Shown here piece after piece: positions 28,228-37,202 of a stretch of 64,000 nt of DNA. A model generated the notes under the pieces. It was not told the DNA's origin, did no database searches, and saw nothing but the letters and a program-made list of their open reading frames with translations. The translations under genes and the position numbers were made by a program. How positions within the stretch are numbered: position 1 is the stretch's first letter; the number at the start of each line of letters is the position of its first letter. The stretch comes from Candidatus Brocadiia bacterium (GTDB lineage: Bacteria > Planctomycetota > Brocadiia > CAIUPP01), in NCBI GenBank assembly GCA_050015075.1, contig JBEKCB010000006.1:96001-160000 (forward strand). Direction: 5' to 3'.

Positions 28228-28263
28228 CAACTCGCTTCGCTCGCTCAAGGGCGGAGCGAGTTG
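28228..28263. repeat. Hairpin/REP-like element after tRNA-Asn
   Basis: caactcgcttcgc...gcggagcgagttg 13-bp stem; shares an 18-mer with the element after tRNA-Gln. Confidence 0.7.
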
Positions 28264-28298
28264 TGTTTTATTGGCCACCCGCGCGCGCACCGCCGCGA

Positions 28299-30122
28299 TC
28301 ATTTCTTCCCAACCGCTTCCCGGATGGCCTCCAGGAACACTCGCCCGTACTTCGCGACCTTGCGCTCGCCCAAGCCGAAGACTTCCAGGAGTTCCGCCTC
28401 GGTCGTCGGCTTCCGGCGGGCCATGTCGAGCAGCGACGCGTCATGGAAGACGACGTACGCGGGAATGCCTTTCGAGTCGGCGATCTCGCGCCGCAGCGCG
28501 CGCAGCGCCTCGAACAATTCCTGGTCCACGCCCTCCATCGAGACCTTCGCGGCGCGCGCGGACTTCGCCGGCCGCTTCTTCTTCGGCTCGCGTTTCTTCG
28601 GCGGCTCCAGGAGGTTCGGCGTGTCCAGGCCCTTGAGCACGCGCCGGCCCTGCTCGGTCACGGCCAGCACCTTGAACTCGCCCACGCGGTCCAGGCATCC
28701 CTGCGAGGCCAGTTGCTCGATCCAGTCGCGGACGGCGCGCTTGGAATAATCCCGGAGCAGCCCGTACGTCGAGAGCTGATCGTGCCGGTTCCGCAGAATC
28801 CGCTCGTCGCTCGAGCCGGTGAGGACCAGCGCGGTGTAATCGCCGCCGAACCGCTCGCCCTGCCGGAGGACGCAGGATAGGATTTTCTGCGCGGTCACGA
28901 GCGAGTCTTTCATCCCTTTCACGTCGCCGAGGCATACGTCGCATGCGCCGCAGTTGTCCCTGGCCGGGTCCTGGCCGAAGTAGGCGAGAATCTCCTTCCG
29001 GCGGCAGGCGCTGGCGGTGCAGTACGAATACATGTGGTTGAGCTTCTCCAGCGAAATCGTCCGCGCGACCGGTTCGGTGTTCTCCAGGATGCTCCTCCAC
29101 ACGCCGTAGTCGCCGCCGGAGTAAAGCAGGATGCATTCGGCGGGAAGCCCGTCGCGCCCGGCGCGGCCGCTTTCCTGCTGGTAGTGTTCGAGCGATTTCG
29201 GCATGCCGGCGTGGATCACGCAGCGGACGTTCGACTTGTCAATGCCCATGCCGAACGCGACGGTCGCGACAATGATGTCCGCTCGCTCGCGGATGAACGC
29301 GTCCTGGTTGGTCTTGCGCGCCTCGTCGTCCATGCCGGCGTGGTATGGCAGCGCGCGATAACCCTTGTCGGCGAGGCCCTCGCACAGCTCATCCACGTCC
29401 ACCCGGCGAATGCAGTAGACCAGCGCCGATTCGCCTTTGTGCCGGTCGAGGATCCCGCTGACCTGGCCGAGCCGGTTTTCGCGGCGCTCGACGCGATAGA
29501 CCAGGTTCGGCCGGTCGAACGAGCCGACCAGGATTTTCGGATCGGCCAGCCGCAGTTGCAGCGCGACGTCCGCGCGGACCTTTTCGGTGGCCGTGGCCGT
29601 ATAGGCGTGAATCGCCATCTTCGGAAACAGGTCGCGCAGTTGCCCGAGCTGCCGATACTCCGGCCGGAAATCATGGCCCCACATGCTGATGCAGTGCGCC
29701 TCGTCAATGGCGATGAAGGACGGCTTCAGCCGCTTCAGAAGCTCGATGAAGGAATCGGAGACCAGCCGCTCCGGCGCGACGTACAGCAGCTTCAGCGCGC
29801 GGCAGCGGATTTTCTGCATCGCGTCGTTCTGCTCCGCCGCGGTCAGCGAGCTGTCCAGCCGCGCGGCCGACACGCCGCATTCGAGCAAGCCGTCCACCTG
29901 GTCCTTCATCAGCGCGATCAGCGGCGAGACGATGACCGCCATTCCCGGCAGGACCACCGCCGGCGCCTGGAAGCACAGCGACTTGCCACCGCCGGTCGGC
30001 AGCACCACCAGCGAATCCTGCCCGGCGACCACCGCCGACATAGCCTCCTTCTGGAGCGGCAGGAACGAGCCGTATCCCCAGTACTGCTTCAGTGCTTTTT
30101 CAAGGTCGGGCAAGGCGCGCAT
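28299..30122 (-). CDS. recQ: ATP-dependent DNA helicase RecQ
   Basis: LPTGGGKSLCFQ, DEAHCISMWGHDFRPEY, TATAT, QESGRAGRDG, Zn-binding Cys residues, HRDC domain. Confidence 0.97.
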   Translation of the reverse strand: MRALPDLEKALKQYWGYGSFLPLQKEAMSAVVAGQDSLVVLPTGGGKSLCFQAPAVVLPGMAVIVSPLIALMKDQVDGLLECGVSAARLDSSLTAAEQNDAMQKIRCRALKLLYVAPERLVSDSFIELLKRLKPSFIAIDEAHCISMWGHDFRPEYRQLGQLRDLFPKMAIHAYTATATEKVRADVALQLRLADPKILVGSFDRPNLVYRVERRENRLGQVSGILDRHKGESALVYCIRRVDVDELCEGLADKGYRALPYHAGMDDEARKTNQDAFIRERADIIVATVAFGMGIDKSNVRCVIHAGMPKSLEHYQQESGRAGRDGLPAECILLYSGGDYGVWRSILENTEPVARTISLEKLNHMYSYCTASACRRKEILAYFGQDPARDNCGACDVCLGDVKGMKDSLVTAQKILSCVLRQGERFGGDYTALVLTGSSDERILRNRHDQLSTYGLLRDYSKRAVRDWIEQLASQGCLDRVGEFKVLAVTEQGRRVLKGLDTPNLLEPPKKREPKKKRPAKSARAAKVSMEGVDQELFEALRALRREIADSKGIPAYVVFHDASLLDMARRKPTTEAELLEVFGLGERKVAKYGRVFLEAIREAVGKK

Positions 30123-30209
30123 CCGGATACAGAGGTTATTGCGGCCATCGGCGACGGGCTTCGATTATACGAATTCCGCCCGGCCGGCGCCATGCCCGCG
30201 AAAACCCGC

Positions 30210-30238
30210 TTGACAGAACCGCCCGCTAAAGACAGAAT
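30210..30238 (+). promoter_or_regulatory. Promoter of iorA (near-leaderless transcript)
   Basis: TTGACA-17 bp-CAGAAT ending 10 bp before the ATG; no obvious RBS. Confidence 0.55.
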
Positions 30239-30248
30239 CCTTCGCAAC

Positions 30249-31817
30249 ATGAGCGAGACCGAACGACTGCTGTTGAGTGGCGACGAGGCCATCGCCCTGG
30301 CGGCCCGCGATGCGGGCGTCGCGCTGGGCGCCGGTTATCCGGGAACGCCCTCCACCGAGATCCTTGAGCGTTTCTCGGAACTGGGCGGGCGGGCGCAGTG
30401 GGCGCCGAATGAGAAGGTGGCGATGGAGGTCGCCCTCGGCGCCGCCTTCGGCAACGCGCGCGCGATGGTGACGATGAAGCACGTCGGCCTCAACGTGGCC
30501 GCCGACCCGCTCTTCACCGCCGCGTACACCGGCGTGGCCGCTGCGCTGGTCGTAGTCTCCGCCGACGACCCGGGCATGGCTTCGAGCCAGAACGAGCAGG
30601 ACAACCGGCACTACGCCGTCGCCGCGGGCGTGCCGATGCTGGAGCCTTCGGATTCGCAGGAGGCGTACGATTTCACCGCGGCGGCCATCGAGATTTCCGA
30701 ACGCTGGCACATCCCGGTGCTGCTGCGCATCACCACGCGAGTCTGCCACTCCAAGACCATCGTCCGCCCGCGAAAGCTCGCGCCGCCGCCGGCCGCGCCG
30801 AACTTCGAGCGCGACATTCCAGGCCGCGTCATGATCCCTGCGTACGCCCGGCCCGCGCATCGCCGGCTGAGGCAGAAGCTCGCGGAGATCGCGCGGTGGA
30901 ACGAATCGAGCGAATGGAACCGCGTCATACCCGGCGACCCGGCGCTCGGCATCATCACCTCCGGGATTGCGTTCATGCACGCGCGCGAGGCCGCGCCGGA
31001 GGCGTCCGTGCTCAAGCTCGGCCTGACTTATCCCCTGCCGATCGAGAAGGCCCGGCAGTTCGCGCAGAGCGTCCGGCGCTGCATCGTGATCGAGGAAGGC
31101 GATCCCTGGCTGGCGGATGCCCTCCGCGCGGCGGGCATCGCCGTCGAGGGCAAGCCGGAGATGTACCGCTTCGGCGAGCTGAACGTCGAGCGCGTCCGGC
31201 GGATTCTGGCCGGCGACGTCAGCCCGGAATTCTCGCCGCCGCCGGGCAAGCCGCCGCAGCTCTGCCCGGGCTGTCCGCATCGCGCCGTGTTCGAGACGCT
31301 GGGCAAGCTCAAGTGCATCGTGGCCGGCGACATCGGCTGCTACACGCTCGGCGTGCTGCCGCCGTTCCAGGCGATGGATTCCTGCGTCTGCATGGGCGCG
31401 AGCATCGGCGTCGGCCTCGGCCTGCGGCACGTGCTGCCGCCGGAGCAGGCCCGGCGCGTGGTGAGCGTCATCGGCGACAGCACGTTCGTGCACAGCGGCG
31501 TCACCGGCCTCATCGAGATGGCGTACAACCCGCCGCTGACCGGGCACGTGGTCGTCATCCTGGATAACGGCACGACGGCGATGACCGGCCTGCAGGAGCA
31601 TCCGGGCACGGGCCGCCGCCTCGCCGGCGAGCCGACGCACCGGCTGGTCTTCGAGGAACTCGCCAGGGTTATCGGAATCGGGAACGTGCACGTCGTGGAC
31701 CCGACGAAGGACATGCAGGGGTTCGAGCAGTTGCTCTCGGACAGCCTCGCGCGCGCCGAGTTGACCGTGATCGTTGCGCGCCGCCCGTGCCTGCTCTCCG
31801 CCAAGAAGCGCCAGTGA
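30249..31817 (+). CDS. iorA: Indolepyruvate:ferredoxin oxidoreductase alpha subunit (TPP enzyme), short form
   Basis: GYPGTPSTEI, NEKVA, MKHVGLNVAAD, SSQNEQDNR, LCPGCPHR, GDIGCY, IGDSTF, LDNGTTAMTG. Confidence 0.9.
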   Translation: MSETERLLLSGDEAIALAARDAGVALGAGYPGTPSTEILERFSELGGRAQWAPNEKVAMEVALGAAFGNARAMVTMKHVGLNVAADPLFTAAYTGVAAALVVVSADDPGMASSQNEQDNRHYAVAAGVPMLEPSDSQEAYDFTAAAIEISERWHIPVLLRITTRVCHSKTIVRPRKLAPPPAAPNFERDIPGRVMIPAYARPAHRRLRQKLAEIARWNESSEWNRVIPGDPALGIITSGIAFMHAREAAPEASVLKLGLTYPLPIEKARQFAQSVRRCIVIEEGDPWLADALRAAGIAVEGKPEMYRFGELNVERVRRILAGDVSPEFSPPPGKPPQLCPGCPHRAVFETLGKLKCIVAGDIGCYTLGVLPPFQAMDSCVCMGASIGVGLGLRHVLPPEQARRVVSVIGDSTFVHSGVTGLIEMAYNPPLTGHVVVILDNGTTAMTGLQEHPGTGRRLAGEPTHRLVFEELARVIGIGNVHVVDPTKDMQGFEQLLSDSLARAELTVIVARRPCLLSAKKRQ

Positions 31818-31827
31818 GGGACTGCGA

Positions 31828-32130
31828 GTGGGCGCCGACTGCACGATCATTATTAACGGATCGCGCAAGGAGACGGTTAAGGCCGGCTCCCGCCTTCTGT
31901 ACGCCCTCTGGAGCAGAAAAATCTTCATCCCGTCGCTCTGCGGCGGACAGGGCAAGTGCGGCCGCTGCAAGGTCAAGGTCGTGAAAGGCGGCGGCGAGCG
32001 GCTGCCGGCCGAAGAGCCGTTCCTGACGCCCGAAGAGAGGGCGCAGGGAATGCGGCTCGCCTGCCAGGTGCAGGTGACCGGCGACATCGAGATCAGCGTG
32101 CCGGAAAATCTCGTTTCAGCGCGCGGATGA
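31828..32130 (+). CDS. 2Fe-2S ferredoxin (similar to the NqrF N-terminal domain)
   Basis: IPSLCGGQGKCGRC...RLACQ; GTG start after GAGG. Confidence 0.85.
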   Translation: MGADCTIIINGSRKETVKAGSRLLYALWSRKIFIPSLCGGQGKCGRCKVKVVKGGGERLPAEEPFLTPEERAQGMRLACQVQVTGDIEISVPENLVSARG

Positions 32131-32143
32131 CCGCGCAAGAGTT

Positions 32144-32178
32144 CCATCGTCCATCGTCCCTGGTCTATCGTCCGTCTT
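32144..32178. repeat. Degenerate heptamer tandem repeat (CCATCGT x5)
   Basis: ccatcgt ccatcgt ccctggt ctatcgt ccgtctt. Confidence 0.55.
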
Positions 32179-32220
32179 GCGCCTCTTCGCGGCTGAACTT
32201 TTTCAGGTGAGAGCAGGATC

Positions 32221-33627
32221 ATGGAGATCAAGCTGACGTTCCTAGGCGCGGCGCAGACCGTCACCGGCTCGCGATACCTGCTCGAAGCGAACGGCGTCAG
32301 GCTCCTCGTGGACTGCGGCCTCTGCCAGGAACGCGAACTCCAGTCGCGCAACTGGCAGCCGTTCCCGGTCCCTCCCAATACGATCCAGGCGGCCTTCTTC
32401 ACGCACGCGCACCTCGACCACTGCGGCCTCTTCCCCAAGTTCTATCGCGAAGGATTCCGCGGCAAGCTGTACTGCACCGCGGCCACGTCCGAGGTCGCAG
32501 GGCTCGTCCTCGAGGACTCCGCGCGGCTGCAGGAAGAGAGCGCGCAGTTCAAGCAGAACCGGCATCGGCAGGAAGGCCGGAAGGCCGAGCATCCCGAAGT
32601 GCCGCTCTACGGCGTCGAGGACGCGCGCGCCTGCCAGGGCTGCTTCACCGCGGCGAAATACGGCGAGCCGGTCCGCATTGCGGATGGGATCGAGGCGACG
32701 TTCTACAACGTCGGCCACGTCCTCGGCGCCTCGTTCATCCGGATCGTCATCCGGAGCAACGGCCGGCAGACCGCGATCGTTTTCTCCGGTGATATCGGCC
32801 GATGGAACATGCCCATCCTCCAGGATCCCACCCTTCCGACGCAGGCCGATTACGTGCTGATTGAATCCACCTACGGCGACCGGCTCCATCCGCCCGAGAG
32901 CGATATGGCCGGCCTGCTCGCCGCCGAGGTCAACCGGGTCCGCGACGCCGGCGGCAACCTCGTGATCCCGGCGTTCGCTTTCGAGCGCGCGCAGGACGTC
33001 CTCTTCGAGCTTAACGAACTGCTCCTGGCGAATAAGATTCCGCACCTGATGACCTTCCTCGACAGCCCCATGGCCGTCAGCATCTGCGAGGTGTTCGAGC
33101 GCCATCCCGAACTGTATGACCACCAGATGGCCGAGCGCGTCGGCGAACACGAATCGCCGTTCGATCTTCCCGGCCTGAAGCTCACCCGCACGGCCCAGGA
33201 ATCGAAGGCCATCAATCACATCCGCGGCTCGTGCATCATCATGGCCGGCGCGGGCATGTGCAACGGAGGCCGCATCAAGCATCACCTGACACGCAACATC
33301 ACGCGGCCCGAGAGCACCATCCTCTTCGTCGGATACCAGGCCGCCGGCACCCTCGGCCGCCAGATCGCAGACGGCGCAAAAGAGGTGCGCATCCTCGGCC
33401 AGACCTACCCGGTCCGCGCGCGCGTCGCGCGGCTCGACGGCTGCTCCGGCCACGCCGACCGCGACGAACTGCTCCGCTGGCTCGGGAAACTCCAAGCGCC
33501 GCCGAAGAAGACCTTCGTAGTCCACGGCGAATCCGAATCCGCCCTAAGCTTCGCCGCCCTGGTCTCCCAAAAACCCGGCTGGACCGCCCTGGCGCCGAAC
33601 TACGGTGACTCGTTCGCATTGGAATAA
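32221..33627 (+). CDS. MBL-fold beta-CASP ribonuclease
   Basis: GAAQTVTGS, THAHLDHCG, GHVLG, FSGDIG, IESTYGDR, SGHAD, VHGE. Confidence 0.93.
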   Translation: MEIKLTFLGAAQTVTGSRYLLEANGVRLLVDCGLCQERELQSRNWQPFPVPPNTIQAAFFTHAHLDHCGLFPKFYREGFRGKLYCTAATSEVAGLVLEDSARLQEESAQFKQNRHRQEGRKAEHPEVPLYGVEDARACQGCFTAAKYGEPVRIADGIEATFYNVGHVLGASFIRIVIRSNGRQTAIVFSGDIGRWNMPILQDPTLPTQADYVLIESTYGDRLHPPESDMAGLLAAEVNRVRDAGGNLVIPAFAFERAQDVLFELNELLLANKIPHLMTFLDSPMAVSICEVFERHPELYDHQMAERVGEHESPFDLPGLKLTRTAQESKAINHIRGSCIIMAGAGMCNGGRIKHHLTRNITRPESTILFVGYQAAGTLGRQIADGAKEVRILGQTYPVRARVARLDGCSGHADRDELLRWLGKLQAPPKKTFVVHGESESALSFAALVSQKPGWTALAPNYGDSFALE

Positions 33628-33666
33628 ACGCCGTTGTGTCGCACCAACAAAGAAAGGAAGAAAGCC

Positions 33667-34533
33667 ATGAATTCGATCTCGACGAAGATGCGTCTTGCTG
33701 CAAAGCCTGCCGTCGCCGCGTTAGTCCTGGCAATGACATGCATATCGTGCGCCAATCGCGACCCCGGAGATACAACGGGCACGCTTCCTCAGCAGGCAGC
33801 TACTCTAAAACCGGCTCTCTTTCAGGATTTTCATACGGGCTGGATCAACAATACGTCGCAGGATGGCCTCTGGAAAATCAATGGGATTTGGGTAGGCACG
33901 GGGCAAAACACGTTCGATCCCGCCAACGTCACCTTTACGGAAACCTATCCCGGCGAGAAGAGCAAAGGTTTCATGTATTTCAAGTCCAAAGCCAATACAA
34001 CCAATGGATCTGAAATACAGACGATCTCTTCGGGCCCGTGTTATGGCTACGGCTATTACGAAGTCAGGATGAAATTAACCAGCGTCGGCGACCCTGCAAC
34101 CAACCGGGGGGTTTGCGCTTCCTTCTTCTGGAAGGAAAAGAACTATGCCGCGGGCGAATGGGATCTCGAGTTCCTGACCAACGATAAATGGATCACCTCG
34201 CCCGACAGCGGCCAGGTCACCATGAACTATCACCTGGATGACAACCGGAGCAAGGTCCACTACCAGGACCTTCCCTTCAATCCCTCCAAAGGGTTTCACC
34301 GGTACGGGTTTCTCTGGCAGCCGACCCGCCTGGACTGGACCGTTGACGGAAAGATTGTCTACAGCTTCGAGGATCCGGGAGTCGCCAGCGAGCCCGGCTG
34401 GATCATGATGAATAGCTGGACCGGCAACAGAAACTGGGGCGGCCTGGCCCCGACAGAAGATGCCGTGACGATCTACGACTGGGTAAAGTTCTATCCCAAC
34501 GTGACATCGGTCCCCAATGACGGGAAGGAATAA
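33667..34533 (+). CDS. Secreted/lipoprotein glycoside hydrolase family 16
   Basis: Signal peptide; YGYYEVRMK, catalytic EWDLEF (ExDxE), FHRYGFLW, IMMNSW, YDWVKF. Confidence 0.88.
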   Translation: MNSISTKMRLAAKPAVAALVLAMTCISCANRDPGDTTGTLPQQAATLKPALFQDFHTGWINNTSQDGLWKINGIWVGTGQNTFDPANVTFTETYPGEKSKGFMYFKSKANTTNGSEIQTISSGPCYGYGYYEVRMKLTSVGDPATNRGVCASFFWKEKNYAAGEWDLEFLTNDKWITSPDSGQVTMNYHLDDNRSKVHYQDLPFNPSKGFHRYGFLWQPTRLDWTVDGKIVYSFEDPGVASEPGWIMMNSWTGNRNWGGLAPTEDAVTIYDWVKFYPNVTSVPNDGKE

Positions 34534-34543
34534 GTGGGCGTTG

Positions 34544-34726
34544 CGGGGGACATAAAGCGTATTTCTAATTGAGATGCGCAAGGCAGAAGGTTAGATTGAA
34601 CGCCCACGCAGAATAGCGCGAGTAGTATTAGGCAGGCATCCGCATCATGCCGCGCAGCGCGGCGTGACGCCAAGAGCCGGCCGCTCAGCGAGAAGGAGCA
34701 GGAAATAGGGTTTATGTCACCGGAAT
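34544..34726. repeat. Repeat element, copy A (34544-34599, +) and inverted copy B (34703-34726)
   Basis: Copy A aligns with 35803-35857; the reverse complement of B matches 35799-35822 at 22/24 positions. Confidence 0.7.
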
Positions 34727-34945
34727 TCCAAACACTACGAGATATCGGTCGAAAACGGGTGCCTTTCCCCGGTTTGTCTAAAGGAATAGAACTACACGGC
34801 ACGAGCCGTCCGTCCTACGCGATTGCGGCCCCGCACAATCTCAGGATGAATGGCTTGACATCACGCGCCTCCAGAGCGATAGTACAGCGCCTTCTTTCGA
34901 CAGCTCTTTCGGCCCGCGTACAAGGATAACGGTTAGGCACTCGCG

Positions 34946-35695
34946 ATGGCCGCAATGACCGATATGGAGGTCAACAACTTACCTCAACTCTTTAGCGCCT
35001 TAGTCGGCCTCCATAAACAGTTCGGTATCAGGCCTTGGTGGCGCGGTCAAGCCGTCCTAGACTGGGGCTTGCTCGCAGCCATCCATCGCCAAGGAAAAGC
35101 TTACAGCGAATACAACCTGACTAACCGATTCAGAGCCATGGCAAAACCGCGATATCCGGCATGTCCGGACTCCAACGACCTCCCTAGCTGGCTGTTCTTG
35201 ATGCAACACTACCGGCTCCCGACCAGACTTCTAGACTGGAGCGAGTCGCCACTAGTGGCCCTATTCTTCGCAATCGAAAACAGAAAACACGACGACGCAG
35301 ACGGAGCTTTGTGGGCGCTCCACCCTACGATGCTCAACAAGGCCCAAACTGGAGAAGCCACTATCTTCGGCTCCAGCAACGCGCGCTTGCAACCGCTCTT
35401 CCGCGCGGCCTTTCAATCAGGTCAAAGGCCGCCAGAACAGGTACTTTCCGTGAATGCGGAACAGATAGACACGCGGCAGATGGTCCAACAGGCAAAATTC
35501 ACCATTCATGCATCCCGTGCCCCCATGAACGAGCATCCTTCTCGCGCTGATTTTCTAGCCCGGATTCGAATACCGAAAGGCACGAAGGAGACTTTCCGTC
35601 AGAGCATTCAAGTCTTGAGCATCAGCCGGGAAACCCTCTTCCCCGACCTAGAGAATCTGAGTACTGTTCTTCGCGAACTTGTGTTTGCGGAGTAG
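34946..35695 (+). CDS. FRG domain protein
   Basis: WWRGQ, MQHYRLPTRLLDWSESPLVALFFA, RQMVQQAKFTI, LFPDLE; visibly lower GC. Confidence 0.88.
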   Translation: MAAMTDMEVNNLPQLFSALVGLHKQFGIRPWWRGQAVLDWGLLAAIHRQGKAYSEYNLTNRFRAMAKPRYPACPDSNDLPSWLFLMQHYRLPTRLLDWSESPLVALFFAIENRKHDDADGALWALHPTMLNKAQTGEATIFGSSNARLQPLFRAAFQSGQRPPEQVLSVNAEQIDTRQMVQQAKFTIHASRAPMNEHPSRADFLARIRIPKGTKETFRQSIQVLSISRETLFPDLENLSTVLRELVFAE

Positions 35696-35798
35696 CCGTA
35701 ACGTCCGCATCCATCCGTCACAGAAAAAGGCGAGCCGCGCTTAAGCCACACGTGAGCGGCTATTCGACCCCGGATTCATGCGACCTCAATGAGGGCGC

Positions 35799-35871
35799 AT
35801 TCCGGGGGCATAAACCCTATTTTTAATTGACATCCGCAAGGCAGGCGGTTAGATCGACCTCCGGAATTCCA
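35799..35871. repeat. Repeat element copy C downstream of the FRG gene
   Basis: attccgggggcataaaccctatttttaattgacatccgcaaggcaggcggttagatcgacctccggaattcca. Confidence 0.7.
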
Positions 35872-35899
35872 CCAAAGCCCGCGCACCGACAGTTCACGG

Positions 35900-36913
35900 T
35901 CAGGCCGACCGCGCCTCCCGAATCCGCTCCTCGGCGAACTCCATCATCTTCATCCACTTCACCCGGCCGGAGAGGTGTTTTTCAACGCGTTGCACGACGA
36001 GCTGGAGAGATTGGAAACCTTTTCGCGCGCCGTTGGAGAAGAGCGTCTGCCCGTGGGCATGGAAGACCAGGGGCGAGCCCGTCGAGAGCAGGTCAACGAG
36101 CCGGCCGCTCTTGCCGTCGGCCGAGATAAAGTAGTCGGCCATCTTTTCGATGTCCCCGCCGCCGTAGAGGCTCTCCCAGAATGGCTCGTCGGCTCGCACC
36201 GCGCTGGTGGCCGAGACGACGTATTCGCCCTTCGCCTCGTCCGCGATCATCACGGGCGAGTTGATGGGGTTCGTCGCGCCGTCGGCGTTCAGAAAGTAGA
36301 AGGTCCGCGAGATGCCGCATGCAGACTTCATCGCCTTCAGGACCGCGCGGGCGTAAAGATCTTCGCTCCCGCCGAAGCTGCACGGCTGCGTGATGCCCGT
36401 CGGCCGGATGCCGACCCTTTTCAGGATTCGCAGCGCCTCGGCCATGTATTCCGCCAGCGCATCCTCGCTCTGCTGCGCCATCCACTCGTGCTCCGTGATC
36501 GGCAGGAGCCGGCGTTCCTTGATGTTCCAGGCCATCGAGTGCGTGAGGATTTCGGGCGTGATGTCGAAGCGCGGCGAGATCTCCTCGCGCACCAGCGCGA
36601 TCAGCTCCGACAGCTCCGCCGCGCTGTACCCCTCGACCCGCTCGTCAATGCACCCCAGGCCCGCCGGGCAGGGCAGGAACGTGAACTTGCCCTTCACGCC
36701 GGCCGACTTTGCCCAGCGAATGAAATCCCGCCAGAAACCATTGGGGATGATCTTGCTGGGCTCCTGATCGCGCCATCGCTGCACCCACAGGCCGAACGCG
36801 CCGCTCGGCGGCTGGCCGATGCCCATCTCCTCCGGCTGGCGGCGAAGCCAGTACGACGCGTTGATCGGCGAGTCGTCAACGATGAATGAGATGGGGATGC
36901 GCGTTTGGGCCAT
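35900..36913 (-). CDS. Hypothetical protein, possibly polysaccharide-deacetylase-like barrel
   Basis: ATG after AAGGAG; IVDD, GVKGKF, DITPEILTH and FHAH suggest a metal-binding fold. Confidence 0.65.
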   Translation of the reverse strand: MAQTRIPISFIVDDSPINASYWLRRQPEEMGIGQPPSGAFGLWVQRWRDQEPSKIIPNGFWRDFIRWAKSAGVKGKFTFLPCPAGLGCIDERVEGYSAAELSELIALVREEISPRFDITPEILTHSMAWNIKERRLLPITEHEWMAQQSEDALAEYMAEALRILKRVGIRPTGITQPCSFGGSEDLYARAVLKAMKSACGISRTFYFLNADGATNPINSPVMIADEAKGEYVVSATSAVRADEPFWESLYGGGDIEKMADYFISADGKSGRLVDLLSTGSPLVFHAHGQTLFSNGARKGFQSLQLVVQRVEKHLSGRVKWMKMMEFAEERIREARSA

Positions 36914-37020
36914 GACATCTCCTTTGCTGGTTTGCGTTCGAGCGGTATTCCGCCGACTCTTCGCATGCTTACTTATCATTTGTCGTTTCGCGGATCAACT
37001 CAGGATTGCCGGGGACGCAA

Positions 37021-37166
37021 GGGGCTGTTGAAAAAACGCTCCTTGTCATTCCCGCGAAGGCGGGAATCCAGGAACGCGCACCGAAGCGCTGGATTCCCGC
37101 TTGCGCGGGAATGACCGAGTGGCGATCGCAGCGGACTTGGGCTATCCTGCGTCTTTTCAACAACAC
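37021..37166. repeat. Nested palindromic element: outer GCTGTTGAAAA inverted repeats enclosing a pair of ATTCCC-N8-GGGAAT units
   Basis: ggggctgttgaaaaa ... gtcattcccgcgaaggcgggaatcca ... tggattcccgcttgcgcgggaatgac ... ttttcaacaacac. Confidence 0.8.
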
Positions 37167-37202
37167 TACAGTCGCCTGTTTTTTCGCCTCGCATCCCCAA
37201 CT

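Noticed and set aside
29034-30248. N-terminal 400 aa of the 927-aa ORF, suggesting a large IorA fusion
   Set aside because: This part is antisense to recQ; IorA homology and a promoter both point to a start at 30249.
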